Assembly (NCBI GenBank): GCA_965218695.1
Contig: OZ244651.1
Location: 288,001-352,000 of the forward strand
Direction: 5' to 3'
DNA length: 64,000 nt
DNA from: Nitrosopumilus sp.
GTDB lineage: Archaea; Thermoproteota; Nitrososphaeria; Nitrososphaerales; Nitrosopumilaceae
Position 1 is the stretch's first letter; each line of letters starts with the position of its first letter. Below the pieces are notes generated by a model that saw only the letters and a program-made list of their open reading frames with translations, was not told the DNA's origin and did not search any database. The position numbers were made by a program, and so were the translations under genes. Shown one piece after another: positions 39,955 to 50,355 of the stretch.

Positions 39955-40196
39955 CATAGACTACCTTGACTCCCAGATCTGCGGTATGCTCCAGCCTGTT
40001 GAGGACCCCAATGTTCCAGCCTATCGCCTTTAGCAGCCCGAACCTTCTCTGGTTCACGCCCTTGCGGAACCTGCAGTACAGCTGGTGGTGTTCTGTCTAC
40101 TCGGCTCCGAATATTCCCTCGATCATCCAGCGCTGTCTAGAGGATGGCATCGAACAGTCTGCTGCCTCTTTCCGATGCCTTTTGCCCTTCCCCCCC
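39955..40196 (-). pseudogene. Remnant of an IS5-like transposase C-terminus
   Basis: Minus strand reads RQRWMIEGIFGAE*TEHHQLYCRFR...KAIGWNI.VLNR (RW.IE..F motif) with an internal stop. Confidence 0.65.
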
Positions 40197-40242
40197 CAAG
40201 ATCCCGATCAATTTAAGTAAACCAACACAGAGAACGGGGACG

Positions 40243-41268
40243 ATGAGCTGTTCTGGAGAGACTGTTACAGAAGACGGGCTGATTCAGATCAGGCCTGCGG
40301 TATCTGCGCAGCTAAAAAAGGCAAAGTACGGCGTGGCAGACCACTCCACAGTGGAGCTGTGCCACTGGACAAAAAAATCATTCAAGCACGAGGGCAACTG
40401 CTACAAGCACAAGTTCTATGGAATCTCTACGCACAGGTGTATGGAGTTTTCCCCTGCAGGGATGCACTGTGAGAACCGCTGTGTCTACTGCTGGAGGCCC
40501 ATGGAGTTTTATGACTCCATGGAGATGAACCCCGAACAGGTGGCACCGCCTGAGGAGGTACTGACAAAACTGATGGCCGAGAGGAAGAGGCTTATCAACG
40601 GATACTATGGGGATTCCAGAAACGACAAACAGAGGCTTGACGAGTCGCTCCTGCCCAGCCACTATGCCATCTCGCTTTCAGGAGAGCCCACCATGTATCC
40701 CAGACTGCCGGAGCTTATCAGGTATCTCAACTCCATGGAGGCTACAAAGTCAGTCTTTCTTGTAACCAACGGCCAGGAGCCGGAGATGGTTCAGAGGCTA
40801 CAGGACGAGGACGCACTGCCTACACAGCTTTACCTGTCTACAAACGCAGCAGACTATGACTCTTTCATCAGGATAAACAAGCCAAGGTATGACGACTCGT
40901 GGGAGAGATGGAACAGTACCCTTGACATGCTAAGGCACCTTGATACCAGGACCGTCCTTAGGGTTACGCTGATCCGCGGGTATAACGATCACCAGGACAT
41001 GATCAAGCCGTTTGCAGAGATGTTCAGACGGTCAAGCCCCCATTTCATAGAGATAAAATCATACATGCACATAGGCCGTTCTACAAACAGGCTGGAGCAT
41101 TCAGACATGCTGGACATGCAGGAGGTCAGGGATTTCAGCAACATGGCTGCAGAACAGAGCGGGATCTTTTCAGTTATGGACGAAAGCTATGTCTCAAGAA
41201 TATCCGTCCTGCAGAACAACAGCCGTCCCATTGACCGGTTTATACGCGCCTATTCAGATACCACCTAG
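40243..41268 (+). CDS. taw1: 4-demethylwyosine synthase Taw1/TYW1 (radical SAM)
   Basis: LCHWTK, CYKHKFYGI, CENRCVYCWR, ISLSGEPTMY. Confidence 0.93.
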   Translation: MSCSGETVTEDGLIQIRPAVSAQLKKAKYGVADHSTVELCHWTKKSFKHEGNCYKHKFYGISTHRCMEFSPAGMHCENRCVYCWRPMEFYDSMEMNPEQVAPPEEVLTKLMAERKRLINGYYGDSRNDKQRLDESLLPSHYAISLSGEPTMYPRLPELIRYLNSMEATKSVFLVTNGQEPEMVQRLQDEDALPTQLYLSTNAADYDSFIRINKPRYDDSWERWNSTLDMLRHLDTRTVLRVTLIRGYNDHQDMIKPFAEMFRRSSPHFIEIKSYMHIGRSTNRLEHSDMLDMQEVRDFSNMAAEQSGIFSVMDESYVSRISVLQNNSRPIDRFIRAYSDTT

Positions 41269-41812
41269 AAAAGACCTCCAGGGAGCGATGCCTGTGGGAT
41301 ATTTCGTCCTTGACATCCATCTCGGCAAACGTCTGTTCTGATCCATCAGGTATGAAGACAGGGTCGTACCCCCAGCCGGCTCCCCTAGCGGACTCGGATA
41401 TGGTACCGCATATCCTGCCTTCAAACGACTTTAGGGCATCTCCGTCACAGTATACGACGACTGAGACAAACCTTGCCGTCCTGTCCTGCCCGGTCAGATT
41501 AATTATTCCCCTGCATCCGATGGTTCCAAGCACGTACGAGGAGTACGGTCCGGGGAATCCCTGCAGGGAGTCTATGAATAGCCCTGCATCCTCTACCAGT
41601 ACGGGCCTTGCAAACTCCGAGAATGCCTCCCTGGCCTTGGCCGATGCGATGATCTCCAGGGAGTCAGACTGGATCTCTGGGAGATCATGCCTGAGAAATT
41701 CAATGCTTACTCCAAGGGATTCCAGTATCGTCTGCGCCTCCCGGTACTTGTTCTGGTTTGATGAGACAAAGGCAAGATCAGACAACCCGAGCGTACCTCC
41801 CGCGTCCCTCAA
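41240..41812 (-). CDS. Non-canonical purine NTP pyrophosphatase (RdgB/HAM1); true start may be ~41785
   Basis: SSNQNK, EDAGL, FPGPYS, GWGYDPVF, SHR. Confidence 0.92.
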   Translation of the reverse strand: MRDAGGTLGLSDLAFVSSNQNKYREAQTILESLGVSIEFLRHDLPEIQSDSLEIIASAKAREAFSEFARPVLVEDAGLFIDSLQGFPGPYSSYVLGTIGCRGIINLTGQDRTARFVSVVVYCDGDALKSFEGRICGTISESARGAGWGYDPVFIPDGSEQTFAEMDVKDEISHRHRSLEVFSRWYLNRRV

Positions 41813-42398
41813 TCTCAGAGACCAGTCTTGTAATCATGGCAGAACGGGGACTCCCCACTGCAGACTTGTACCCTGCAAGAAAATTCTTCCACGCCTGCTC
41901 CATGATCTGGGCATGCGCACTGTTGAGAATCTCCTTGATCAACCTCAGGTCCACTGCATGATCCTCAGGCTTTATGGTGCTCTGGGACAGCCCAAAGTCG
42001 ATGATGAAGAGTGCATCCCCAAGGAGGATAAAGTTGGATGTGGTAAGATCCCCGTGCATTACGCCATTCCTGTGCAGTGTGCCGACCAGTCTCCCCATAC
42101 CTCCGGATACGTCTACTATCCTGGATTCTGGCAGGTCGTGAACCGGCGTTCCGCGAATCATCTGCATTACTATGGACGTCTGCCTGTGGTTTACAAAATA
42201 GACAAGCGGGGACGGAACCCCAAGGGACTTTACATGGGATATCATCTGCGACTCCCTTACGGTCCTCTGCCTCCGTATCCTAAGGTCAAGCACCGGGTTG
42301 CGGTATTTGCGGGATGTGCGGATCTTGAGGATCGCCTCTGCACCGCGCCAGACTGTCTGGTATATGTCAGCCTCCGCGCCCCTCTTTAGCAGCTTCAT
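41778..42398 (-). CDS. bud32: KEOPS kinase Bud32
   Basis: RGAEA, HGDLTTSN, IDFGL, AVDL, RGRY. Confidence 0.94.
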   Translation of the reverse strand: MKLLKRGAEADIYQTVWRGAEAILKIRTSRKYRNPVLDLRIRRQRTVRESQMISHVKSLGVPSPLVYFVNHRQTSIVMQMIRGTPVHDLPESRIVDVSGGMGRLVGTLHRNGVMHGDLTTSNFILLGDALFIIDFGLSQSTIKPEDHAVDLRLIKEILNSAHAQIMEQAWKNFLAGYKSAVGSPRSAMITRLVSEIEGRGRYARVV

Positions 42399-42429
42399 TA
42401 ACGTTATAACCAGAGAAATTCAATAAAAG

Positions 42430-42753
42430 TTGATGGAGGATGGGGAGAAGAGGCTCAAGCAGGAGGACTGCAACGAGGACAAGCTAGGCCTTGGAATCCT
42501 GACCTTGACAAACCAGAGGCTGGCCTTTGACAAGACTCGCGCAAGGATGATGGATTTTTCAAAACACATCGGCGATACCATACTGGACGTGCCGCTAGGG
42601 GACGTTACAAGAGTGTGGAAGGAGGGCCTGCTTATGAAGAAGATATGTTTTACTGCAGAAACACAGGACGGTTCCCAGACATACAAGTTTGGCGTATTTA
42701 ACACAAAGGGCTGGCTCAAGTCCATCCAGGCTGCAATGGATGCAGCAGCGTAG
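42430..42753 (+). CDS. Hypothetical small protein (possibly PH-like fold)
   Basis: G.L.LTNQRL.F pattern; fills the gap between bud32 and kae1. Confidence 0.65.
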   Translation: MMEDGEKRLKQEDCNEDKLGLGILTLTNQRLAFDKTRARMMDFSKHIGDTILDVPLGDVTRVWKEGLLMKKICFTAETQDGSQTYKFGVFNTKGWLKSIQAAMDAAA

Positions 42754-42790
42754 CAGTCTGTCCCTGCATAGCCTGCACCGGATCGAGGGT

Positions 42791-43774
42791 CTAGTATTTC
42801 ACAACCACTGAGTCCAGCCGCCATGACTGGGTGACAAAGGTATCCTCAAGAGGCGCACCCTCCTTGACCTTGGATTCAAGAAGGCCGGTCCAGCATATCT
42901 GGCTCCCACAGTCGCCGGCATACTTTAGCGGTACCACAAAAAGCCTGCATGCGTGCCTTGCACACACATCCCTTAGCATCTCAGAGAGCCTCTTGTTTGC
43001 CGCAACCCCTCCCACTATCATCAGCTCCCTCTTGCCTGTAAAGGACAGGGCGCGTTCCACTGTCTCGCAGATCATGGCAAAGGCTGTCTCTTGGAGCGAG
43101 TAACATGCATCATTTCTGCTGCCCTGCGCTGCAGACTTTGCAGCAGACAGCAGGCCCGAAAACGAGACGTCGTTTCCCTTTACAGAGTAGGGCAGCGGGA
43201 CGTACCCGGATGAGTCTGATGCAAGCCTCTCTATGTCAGGCCCGCACGGGGAGGCAAACCCGAGGGATCGTCCGAACTGGTCCAGCAGCTGCCCCAGTGT
43301 AATGTCAAGGGTCTCGCCAAAGACGCGCCACTGCCTGTTGAGAAACGCAAGAAGCATGGTGTGTCCTCCGGACACCAAAAGCACAAGCGGATTCCTTGCA
43401 CCAGTAAGTAATCGTCCCAGCTCGATGTGTCCTATTGCATGATTCACAGGATATATCGGAATGTCATAAAATGACGCAAGCGATCGCGCTACCACCGCGC
43501 CCACGCGCAGGCACGGCCCGAGTCCGGGTCCTGCAGCATACGAGACAATGTCAAGATCTCCTATTCGCACACCTGCATCAGCAAGGCACTGTGCCAACAC
43601 CTCCGAACTTTCTGCGGCATGGTGCCTTGATGCCTCCCGCGGATGAATCCCCTCACCCTTCTCGGGCCGGTATATCTTCCTGACATCAGACAGTATGCGT
43701 CCCTTGTCTCCGTTTCTCTCCATTACGGCACATGAGAACGTGTGCGCAGTGCTCTCTATTCCCAATCCCAGCAT
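42791..43774 (-). CDS. kae1: KEOPS t6A transferase Kae1
   Basis: GIESTAH, GIHPREA, VNHAIGHIE, VSGGHT, GGVAAN. Confidence 0.95.
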   Translation of the reverse strand: MLGLGIESTAHTFSCAVMERNGDKGRILSDVRKIYRPEKGEGIHPREASRHHAAESSEVLAQCLADAGVRIGDLDIVSYAAGPGLGPCLRVGAVVARSLASFYDIPIYPVNHAIGHIELGRLLTGARNPLVLLVSGGHTMLLAFLNRQWRVFGETLDITLGQLLDQFGRSLGFASPCGPDIERLASDSSGYVPLPYSVKGNDVSFSGLLSAAKSAAQGSRNDACYSLQETAFAMICETVERALSFTGKRELMIVGGVAANKRLSEMLRDVCARHACRLFVVPLKYAGDCGSQICWTGLLESKVKEGAPLEDTFVTQSWRLDSVVVKY

Positions 43775-43775
43775 A

Positions 43776-44963
43776 CTATCCCCTGCCCAGAGTCGATACC
43801 ACCTTGACTACGTCGCCGTCCTTGAGGACGTGGCTGCCCCCTATCCTCTGTCTGGTCTTGCAGTCGATTGCGTGCAAGAACCCCTTGGCAATATCTGCAT
43901 GAACCAATCCTGCCAGATCCCTGGCAGTGGAGCCCGGTGGGAGCAGTTTTGCATCCGGAAGTATTCGGCCGTTCTTGTCGGTAAGTTTTGTCTCATCCTC
44001 CACAGGATACGCCACGATATACCCCAGACTCTCAAAGACTGCAGTGTCCAGTATCTTTTGAATTCCGGTAGACGGAATCTTGGAGAAGACGGATCGTGCA
44101 AGATCAAGGGCCTTTTGCTGCGGGGGCGAGGGATTCACTCCCTCCCGTACTGCAAAGTCCCCGTCGCCAGGTGAGTATTTTATCATGCCTGCGCCGGATG
44201 CCTTTCGCAAAAGCAGTTCGGTTTCTGCGCTGCATGGAATTGCAACCGATTCAACCCTGTCAAGTATTGAAATGTCCCTGCACAGATCTGCCTTGTTTGC
44301 CGCAATTATCATGGGCTTGGTACCGCTCCTCAGCTCCTTGACGCATGCCATGATGTCAGGGTCTGTCCACTCCTTTGGATTCTTGGAGACAAGGCCAATC
44401 CTCTGCAGTACGTCCCGCACCTGTGAATCTGTAATTCCAAGACCTGTAAACCGCTTTGCAATGCCGTCTACAATCTTTGCCCTCTTTTGGTCCACCTCGC
44501 GGACAATCTTGTACCATTCCCTTCGGAGTATGTCTGCAAACCACTGGTCAAACTCGTCCTGGACAAAGGCGACATCCTCAAGGGGATCATGCGTTCCTGC
44601 AGGAACAGGCTGTCCCTGGATGTCGGTGGTTCCGGCAACATCAACCACATGCACCAGCACGTGTGCCTGCCGTGCATCATCTAGAAACTGGTTCCCGAGG
44701 CCCTTTCCGTCATGTGCGCCGGGAACCAGCCCTGCCACATCCACAAGCTTCACCGGAACAAGCCGGGTGCCGTTGAGGCACAGATCGTTTTGGTGCGTAA
44801 TGCCAAAGTGCCTGCATGCGCAGTCGGTCCGGATAAATGCCACACCGATGTTTGGCTCTATTGTGGTAAATGGAAAGTTGCCAGATGCCACATCAGTCTG
44901 TGTTGCAGCCGAGAAGAATGTCGACTTGCCCACGTTTGCCTTGCCTATCAGACCTATCTGCAC
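43776..44963 (-). CDS. ychF: YchF/OLA1-family P-loop NTPase with TGS domain
   Basis: GKANVGKST, FPFTTIEPN, DVAGLVPGA, ANKAD. Confidence 0.92.
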   Translation of the reverse strand: MQIGLIGKANVGKSTFFSAATQTDVASGNFPFTTIEPNIGVAFIRTDCACRHFGITHQNDLCLNGTRLVPVKLVDVAGLVPGAHDGKGLGNQFLDDARQAHVLVHVVDVAGTTDIQGQPVPAGTHDPLEDVAFVQDEFDQWFADILRREWYKIVREVDQKRAKIVDGIAKRFTGLGITDSQVRDVLQRIGLVSKNPKEWTDPDIMACVKELRSGTKPMIIAANKADLCRDISILDRVESVAIPCSAETELLLRKASGAGMIKYSPGDGDFAVREGVNPSPPQQKALDLARSVFSKIPSTGIQKILDTAVFESLGYIVAYPVEDETKLTDKNGRILPDAKLLPPGSTARDLAGLVHADIAKGFLHAIDCKTRQRIGGSHVLKDGDVVKVVSTLGRG

Positions 44964-45209
44964 ACATTCAGAAACATAATTCTACTTATTAGTATTAAGC
45001 CGTGGGGGTTTTCATGCACAGATGACTGCCAGATCGTCCATGGATAACACCATCCGGGACATGCTTTGTTTTCGGACATGGTTGATGTATGGATGATGGC
45101 CAATACACATCACCCGTATTTGGAGAAGAGCCGGCTGCATCATACGTGCTGCTGCGGCCTCAGTCACCAACCTGAAAATAATTTAACAAGGCTGCATCAA
45201 CTCCACACC

Positions 45210-45740
45210 ATGTCAGTAGTAATCACAGGAAGTCCTGGGGTCGGTAAACACACCATATCCAAAAAAATTGCCAAAAGGTTAGGATATGCCATCATCGACA
45301 CGAACAGAGTGGCAGCAGATGCAGGCCTTGCCGGTCCTGACGGCGTGGACACGGACATGCTTGGCAGCGTGATGGATCCCACAGACGAGGCAGTGATAGT
45401 GGGACACCTGGCACCGTACGCGCTGGATGCAGACCAGGCAGGCACAGTAATCATACTAAGGCGAAACCCGTACGAGCTGGTCCGGGTGTACCAGTCCAGG
45501 GGATACCCCAAGGAGAAGATAAGGGACAACGCAGGCAGCGAGATACTCGGAGTGATTGCAGCATACTCGCTTGAAAAGTTCGGAGAAAAGGCATTCGAGA
45601 TCGACATCACAGGATCCGGCATAGATGAGTCGACGTCGGCAGTAATGTCTGCAATATCAGGGGATGCACCGCACACCAGGATAGACTGGCTTGAAGAGGT
45701 GACACAAAAAGGCGATCTGCAAAGGTTCTTTGGCTATTGA
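45210..45740 (+). CDS. AK6/Fap7-type adenylate kinase
   Basis: ITGSPGVGK, VGHL, RGY..EKI.DN..EIL. Confidence 0.85.
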   Translation: MSVVITGSPGVGKHTISKKIAKRLGYAIIDTNRVAADAGLAGPDGVDTDMLGSVMDPTDEAVIVGHLAPYALDADQAGTVIILRRNPYELVRVYQSRGYPKEKIRDNAGSEILGVIAAYSLEKFGEKAFEIDITGSGIDESTSAVMSAISGDAPHTRIDWLEEVTQKGDLQRFFGY

Positions 45741-45771
45741 TTAAATACCCGGCAGCAGGGTGTGATGTTGC

Positions 45772-47280
45772 TTGTTTGAGATATACAAGACGGATCTGGC
45801 AGGAAGGATAGGTGCCATCCAGACAAACCATGGAAAGGTCATGACGCCTGCATACGTCCCGGTAGTCCACCCCGTCAAGCAGACCATCCCGGCCAAAGAG
45901 ATCAAAAAGATGGGCTTTGACCTGATAATCACCAACGCATACATCACCAGAAGCAGGTTCGGGGATGAGGCCGTAAAGAGGGGAATCCACGACATAACGG
46001 ACTTTGACGGCGCAGTCATGACAGACTCCGGAGGATACCAGGTTCTGGAGTACGGCGATCTCAGCGTCAAGCCCTCGGAGATAGCAGAGTTTGAGAGGGA
46101 GATCATGACGGACATTGCAATTCCGCTTGACCGGCCCACCGGATTCGGACTCCCGCTCAAAAAGGCAGAGTCGTACGTAAGACACACCCTGAGGGTCTCA
46201 AAACAGACCCTCAAGGACAGTGCAGACAACGGCCAGATATGGGTCGGCCCCATCCAGGGCGGCGAGCATTTTGATCTTGTGGCAGGATCAACCAGAGGCC
46301 TTGTACGCGCCGGCTTCCAGATGCTGGCCCTTGGAAGCCCGGTAGAGTTCATGGAGTCATATCAGTACAGGCTTCTAGCCCAGATGATAGTGGCGGCAAA
46401 AAGAAATATGCCGCACTCCATACCTCTGCACCTCTTTGGAGCCGGACACCCCCTTACCATACCGCTTGCAGTGGCACTGGGATGCGACACGTTTGACTCG
46501 GCATCATACATCCTCTATGCCAGACAGAACAGATACATCACAGATGACGGCACCAGAGACCTTGATGAGATATCGGTATTTCCCTGCGGATGCAGGATCT
46601 GTACAGGGCATACCCCTGCCGAGCTGCGCGGGCTTGAGGTAGGCGCAAGGACAGACAGCCTTGCCGTCCACAACCTGTACGCCATAGGCCTTGAAGTCAA
46701 CAGAACCAGACAGGCAATCCACGAGGGCAGACTCTGGGAGTATGTCATGAAGAAGGCAAGGGCCCACCCGAGGCTCTTTGAGGCAGCAGAGGTGCTTACC
46801 GGAAACTGCGATCTGCTAAGTACTGGCACGCCCCGGTTCAAGACAAAGGCCATATTCCTTTACGGACCTGAGGATCAGTTTCGCCCCGAGGTGGCGTCAT
46901 ACCATGGGATGGTCAGAAGGTTCAGGTCAAAAAAGAACATACTGCTAATCACAAGGGAATCAGAGGTAAAGCCAGGATACCTCTCGCCACAGTACGCCAG
47001 ACTCGGGAGAGACGTGCCCGATTTGGGTTCGGTACAGGTGTGCCAGTACAACCCCGTCTTGGGGCTGATCCCGATCGAGATATCAGATATATTCCCTGCC
47101 GCACACCACGAGACTGCCAGGATACGCTTTGACCCGGGACAATGCCAGGCATTTGCAGACACGTGGAGAATCTTCCTTGAAAACAACAGATTCTCAGAGG
47201 TACGCTACGACAAAGATGACGAGTTTCTAAGGTATTACGCAGGGACACTCCCGGACGGGTGCGCAGAAAATCCACTGTAA
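45772..47280 (+). CDS. tgtA: Archaeosine tRNA-guanine(15) transglycosylase
   Basis: MTDSGGYQ, GPIQGG, HLFGAGHP, FDSASY, CxCxxC...HNL. Confidence 0.93.
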   Translation: MFEIYKTDLAGRIGAIQTNHGKVMTPAYVPVVHPVKQTIPAKEIKKMGFDLIITNAYITRSRFGDEAVKRGIHDITDFDGAVMTDSGGYQVLEYGDLSVKPSEIAEFEREIMTDIAIPLDRPTGFGLPLKKAESYVRHTLRVSKQTLKDSADNGQIWVGPIQGGEHFDLVAGSTRGLVRAGFQMLALGSPVEFMESYQYRLLAQMIVAAKRNMPHSIPLHLFGAGHPLTIPLAVALGCDTFDSASYILYARQNRYITDDGTRDLDEISVFPCGCRICTGHTPAELRGLEVGARTDSLAVHNLYAIGLEVNRTRQAIHEGRLWEYVMKKARAHPRLFEAAEVLTGNCDLLSTGTPRFKTKAIFLYGPEDQFRPEVASYHGMVRRFRSKKNILLITRESEVKPGYLSPQYARLGRDVPDLGSVQVCQYNPVLGLIPIEISDIFPAAHHETARIRFDPGQCQAFADTWRIFLENNRFSEVRYDKDDEFLRYYAGTLPDGCAENPL

Positions 47281-47297
47281 CAAAAAAAGAAAAAAGA
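47281..47297 (-). terminator. Oligo-T terminator of the ferredoxin gene
   Basis: TCTTTTTCTTTTTTTG on the minus strand ~20 bp after the stop codon. Confidence 0.55.
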
Positions 47298-47316
47298 GTG
47301 TTGCAAAAGAACGCTG

Positions 47317-47619
47317 CTATAGTGCTGCGTCCTCTGCCCAACCCTTGACGAAGACACCATTCTGGTGAAGAGGTACTGGTTGTCCAGCAGTGTAGTTCAT
47401 TGGCCTCATCCAAAAGATGGACTTTGTTGGGCATACACCTATGCATGCACCATCAGAGATACATCTCTCAGGATAAAAGACAAATGCCTTACCCCTCTTC
47501 CAGCCTTCAACAGGTTTTACTCTAAGGACATCTGGACCAAGAGTTGTACAGATCTCTACGCACAGTGCGCATCCGATACATCTCTGCTCGTCAATGTCTG
47601 GAAGTATTGCTATTGGCAT
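47317..47619 (-). CDS. 4Fe-4S dicluster-type ferredoxin
   Basis: CIGCALCVEIC and CISDGACIGVCP. Confidence 0.93.
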   Translation of the reverse strand: MPIAILPDIDEQRCIGCALCVEICTTLGPDVLRVKPVEGWKRGKAFVFYPERCISDGACIGVCPTKSIFWMRPMNYTAGQPVPLHQNGVFVKGWAEDAAL

Positions 47620-47824
47620 TATAAGACTACATCTGATGGATTGATATTTAAACTATGATCAAAATTCATAACCCTGTTATGAAATGGCCTCGACCGAACG
47701 GCTACAGTCGGGCCGCATCACGAATGCGGCACGCCAGATACACGCCTGAAAATGTCGGTTCCGTTGGGAATGCATGCAGAGCGCCCGCTAGGAACTCTTA
47801 AAAAACAAAAAACCGTGTGTACGT

Positions 47825-48046
47825 CTATTTTCTCATTGCATCGATCTGACCGGAGGTTACCCAGTCAAGGAGCTCTGCAGAAGAGGGGTTCAGGTCAGCT
47901 CTCTTATTCATAAGATTGGCAACCCAAATCCAGTTAATCTGGTTTAGCAATGGCTTGTTTGCCTCGTCGCCTGCACGGGTCTTGGCTACGAGCCCCTGAT
48001 CTTGCTGATTTAACCATTCTTGGTAACTTCTTCCCATGAAAATCAA
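47825..48046 (-). CDS. Small hypothetical protein
   Basis: ~70 aa protein-like ORF with an upstream TTAATT box and a downstream T-tract. Confidence 0.7.
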   Translation of the reverse strand: MIFMGRSYQEWLNQQDQGLVAKTRAGDEANKPLLNQINWIWVANLMNKRADLNPSSAELLDWVTSGQIDAMRK

Positions 48047-48127
48047 TCTTAGCTTGCACTAATTAAAGCTTTTGAAGATTCCAACAGAAATATAATATCA
48101 TCAGGATTTGTTCCAGAAGGTATTAAC

Positions 48128-49414
48128 ATGGATGATGATTCATCAAAATTCTTGAATATCAAAGTACTTGGGGCGGCAGGCGAGGTAGGCAGATCCGGGT
48201 TTCTAGTAGAATCCGACCAGGCCAGTCTTCTGCTTGACTATGGCGTCATGTTTGGAAGACGTGGCACGCCTCCCGGATACCCCATGCATGTAAAGCCCAA
48301 GGATGTCGATGCAGTGGTGATTACCCATGCGCATCTGGATCACTCGGGCAACGTGCCATCTCTCTTTATGGGCGGAGGCACGGACGTCTACGCCACACCG
48401 CCCACGCTTGACCTTACAAGACTGCTCATAGAGGACATGCTGAAGATTGAAAAACAGCACATCTTTGAACTGCCAGAGCTTGACAACATGATGAGACATG
48501 CCAAGGATGTTGCCTTCAGGCAGAAGGTGGCAATAAAGGATGCCACGTTTGAGCTAAGGGAGTCCGGACATGTCATAGGCGGGAGCACCGTCCTTGTAGA
48601 GTCGGCCGGGAAGAGGTTGTTTTATACCGGGGACATCAAGACCAGCGGTTCAAGGATGTTGCGCGAGGCTGATCTGGACGTGGGGGAGATCGACATGCTA
48701 ATTACTGAAAGCACATACTCGCAGACTGCACAGAAGCCAAGGGTCGAATCAGAAAGGGAGCTTGTCGAGTTTGCAAACGAGGTGACCGAGAGGGGCGGCA
48801 CCATATTCATCCCGTCGTTTTCAGTGGAGAGATCCCAAGAGATCGCATGTATCCTGAGAAATGCAAGGTTCAAGCACAGGATAATCATGGACGGGATGGC
48901 ACTCAAGGTCAACGACATCATGTTCAGGCATCCAGAGTATCTGCGCGATCCTGAAATCTTTGAGGATGCCATAAACGGGGCCACGTCAGTAAGGAGCCAG
49001 AAGGAGCGCAGGCGCGCAATGGAGGAGCCGTGCGCAGTAATCTCGCCAGCAGGGATGCTGGTCGGCGGAAACGCCGTACTGTACCTGCAGAATCTTGCAT
49101 TTGACGAGAAGAACGGGATAGCGCTGGTATCGTACCAGGGCGATGGCACCCCTGGAAGAAGGCTTTTGGAGACAGGCAAGGTCGTTACCAGGGGCAGGGA
49201 GTCCAGGGCTACAGCCGAGGTGAGACAGTTTGAGTTTTCAGGCCATGCAGACAGGAACGAGCTCTTTGAGATGATAGGCAGGATCAAGGGGAACCCCAAG
49301 GTTCTTACGGTTCATGGCGATTCCGAGTCGTGTGATACCTTTGCCCAAGAGATTCACGAGAGGTTCGGCCTTGAGGCACACGCGCCGGAAGCCGGCCAGA
49401 CAGTGACTGTCTGA
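48128..49414 (+). CDS. MBL-fold beta-CASP ribonuclease (aCPSF2-like)
   Basis: EVGRS, THAHLDH, GHVIG, YTGD, ESTY, FSGHAD, VHGD. Confidence 0.9.
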   Translation: MDDDSSKFLNIKVLGAAGEVGRSGFLVESDQASLLLDYGVMFGRRGTPPGYPMHVKPKDVDAVVITHAHLDHSGNVPSLFMGGGTDVYATPPTLDLTRLLIEDMLKIEKQHIFELPELDNMMRHAKDVAFRQKVAIKDATFELRESGHVIGGSTVLVESAGKRLFYTGDIKTSGSRMLREADLDVGEIDMLITESTYSQTAQKPRVESERELVEFANEVTERGGTIFIPSFSVERSQEIACILRNARFKHRIIMDGMALKVNDIMFRHPEYLRDPEIFEDAINGATSVRSQKERRRAMEEPCAVISPAGMLVGGNAVLYLQNLAFDEKNGIALVSYQGDGTPGRRLLETGKVVTRGRESRATAEVRQFEFSGHADRNELFEMIGRIKGNPKVLTVHGDSESCDTFAQEIHERFGLEAHAPEAGQTVTV

Positions 49415-49415
49415 G

Positions 49416-50231
49416 ATGGATTTTGACGTCTCCATAAACAGCGGCCAGGTATTCCTGTGGAGAAAGATTGGCGATGCGTGGTACGGCGTTGACGGCCAGA
49501 ATGTCATAAGACTGAATCCTACAGGGGTACTGTCCGGCCCGGCGGCAGACTTTGCAAGGTGCGGCGGCGACATGGATGCGATAATCAGATCAGTTTCCGG
49601 GGATGCCCTGGTAAGGGAAGCCGTTGCCATGTATCCAGGACTCAGGATATTCTGTCAGGATCCATTCCAGTGCCTGATATCGTTTGTCGTATCCTCCAAC
49701 TCCAGTATCCAGAAGATCAGGGCATGCCTGGAGAGGCTGTGCAGGATGTACGGGGAGGAAGTCACAGTCGACGGGGAGGAGTTTTTCGTGTTTCCAAGAC
49801 CAGAGAGGCTTGCAGGTGCCACCCCAGAAGAGATTGGCAGGTGCGGCACCGGGTACCGCTCTGGATTTGTTAGGGATGCTGCACGGATGGTGGCATCAGG
49901 CAGGATTGACCTGCAGGAGCTGCGCGATATGGACTACGAACATGCACGTGATGCAGTGTGCACAGTGCCCGGTGTCGGATACAAGGTGGCAGACTGCGTG
50001 ATGCTGTTCTCGCTTGAAAAGCCCGAGGCGTTTCCAATCGACAGGTGGACGACTAGGATTCTAAGGGAGCACTACCCGGGCAGATTCAGTCTTGACACAA
50101 AGACGATAACCCAGATGCAGTACCGCAGGATTCACGAGGAGGTTGTAGACTACTTTGGACCATATGCAGGATACGCCCAGCAGTTTCTCTTCAAGATGAA
50201 AAGGGAGAGACTCGGCAGAAGATGGCTGTAG
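49416..50231 (+). CDS. 8-oxoguanine DNA glycosylase (Ogg1-like, HhH-GPD)
   Basis: SGQVF.W, QDPFQCL, PGVGYKVADC, FPID, AGYAQQFLF. Confidence 0.9.
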   Translation: MDFDVSINSGQVFLWRKIGDAWYGVDGQNVIRLNPTGVLSGPAADFARCGGDMDAIIRSVSGDALVREAVAMYPGLRIFCQDPFQCLISFVVSSNSSIQKIRACLERLCRMYGEEVTVDGEEFFVFPRPERLAGATPEEIGRCGTGYRSGFVRDAARMVASGRIDLQELRDMDYEHARDAVCTVPGVGYKVADCVMLFSLEKPEAFPIDRWTTRILREHYPGRFSLDTKTITQMQYRRIHEEVVDYFGPYAGYAQQFLFKMKRERLGRRWL

Positions 50232-50355
50232 ACACGGCTCTGGACGGTTCCATGCATGCTGCGACGTTCCTGCAGATTCCGCATGCCGTTCTGACTGCAT
50301 GACGGTATCCGTACGCATCAGACAGTTTCATACGCGCGTGGGATCGTGCCAGAGA

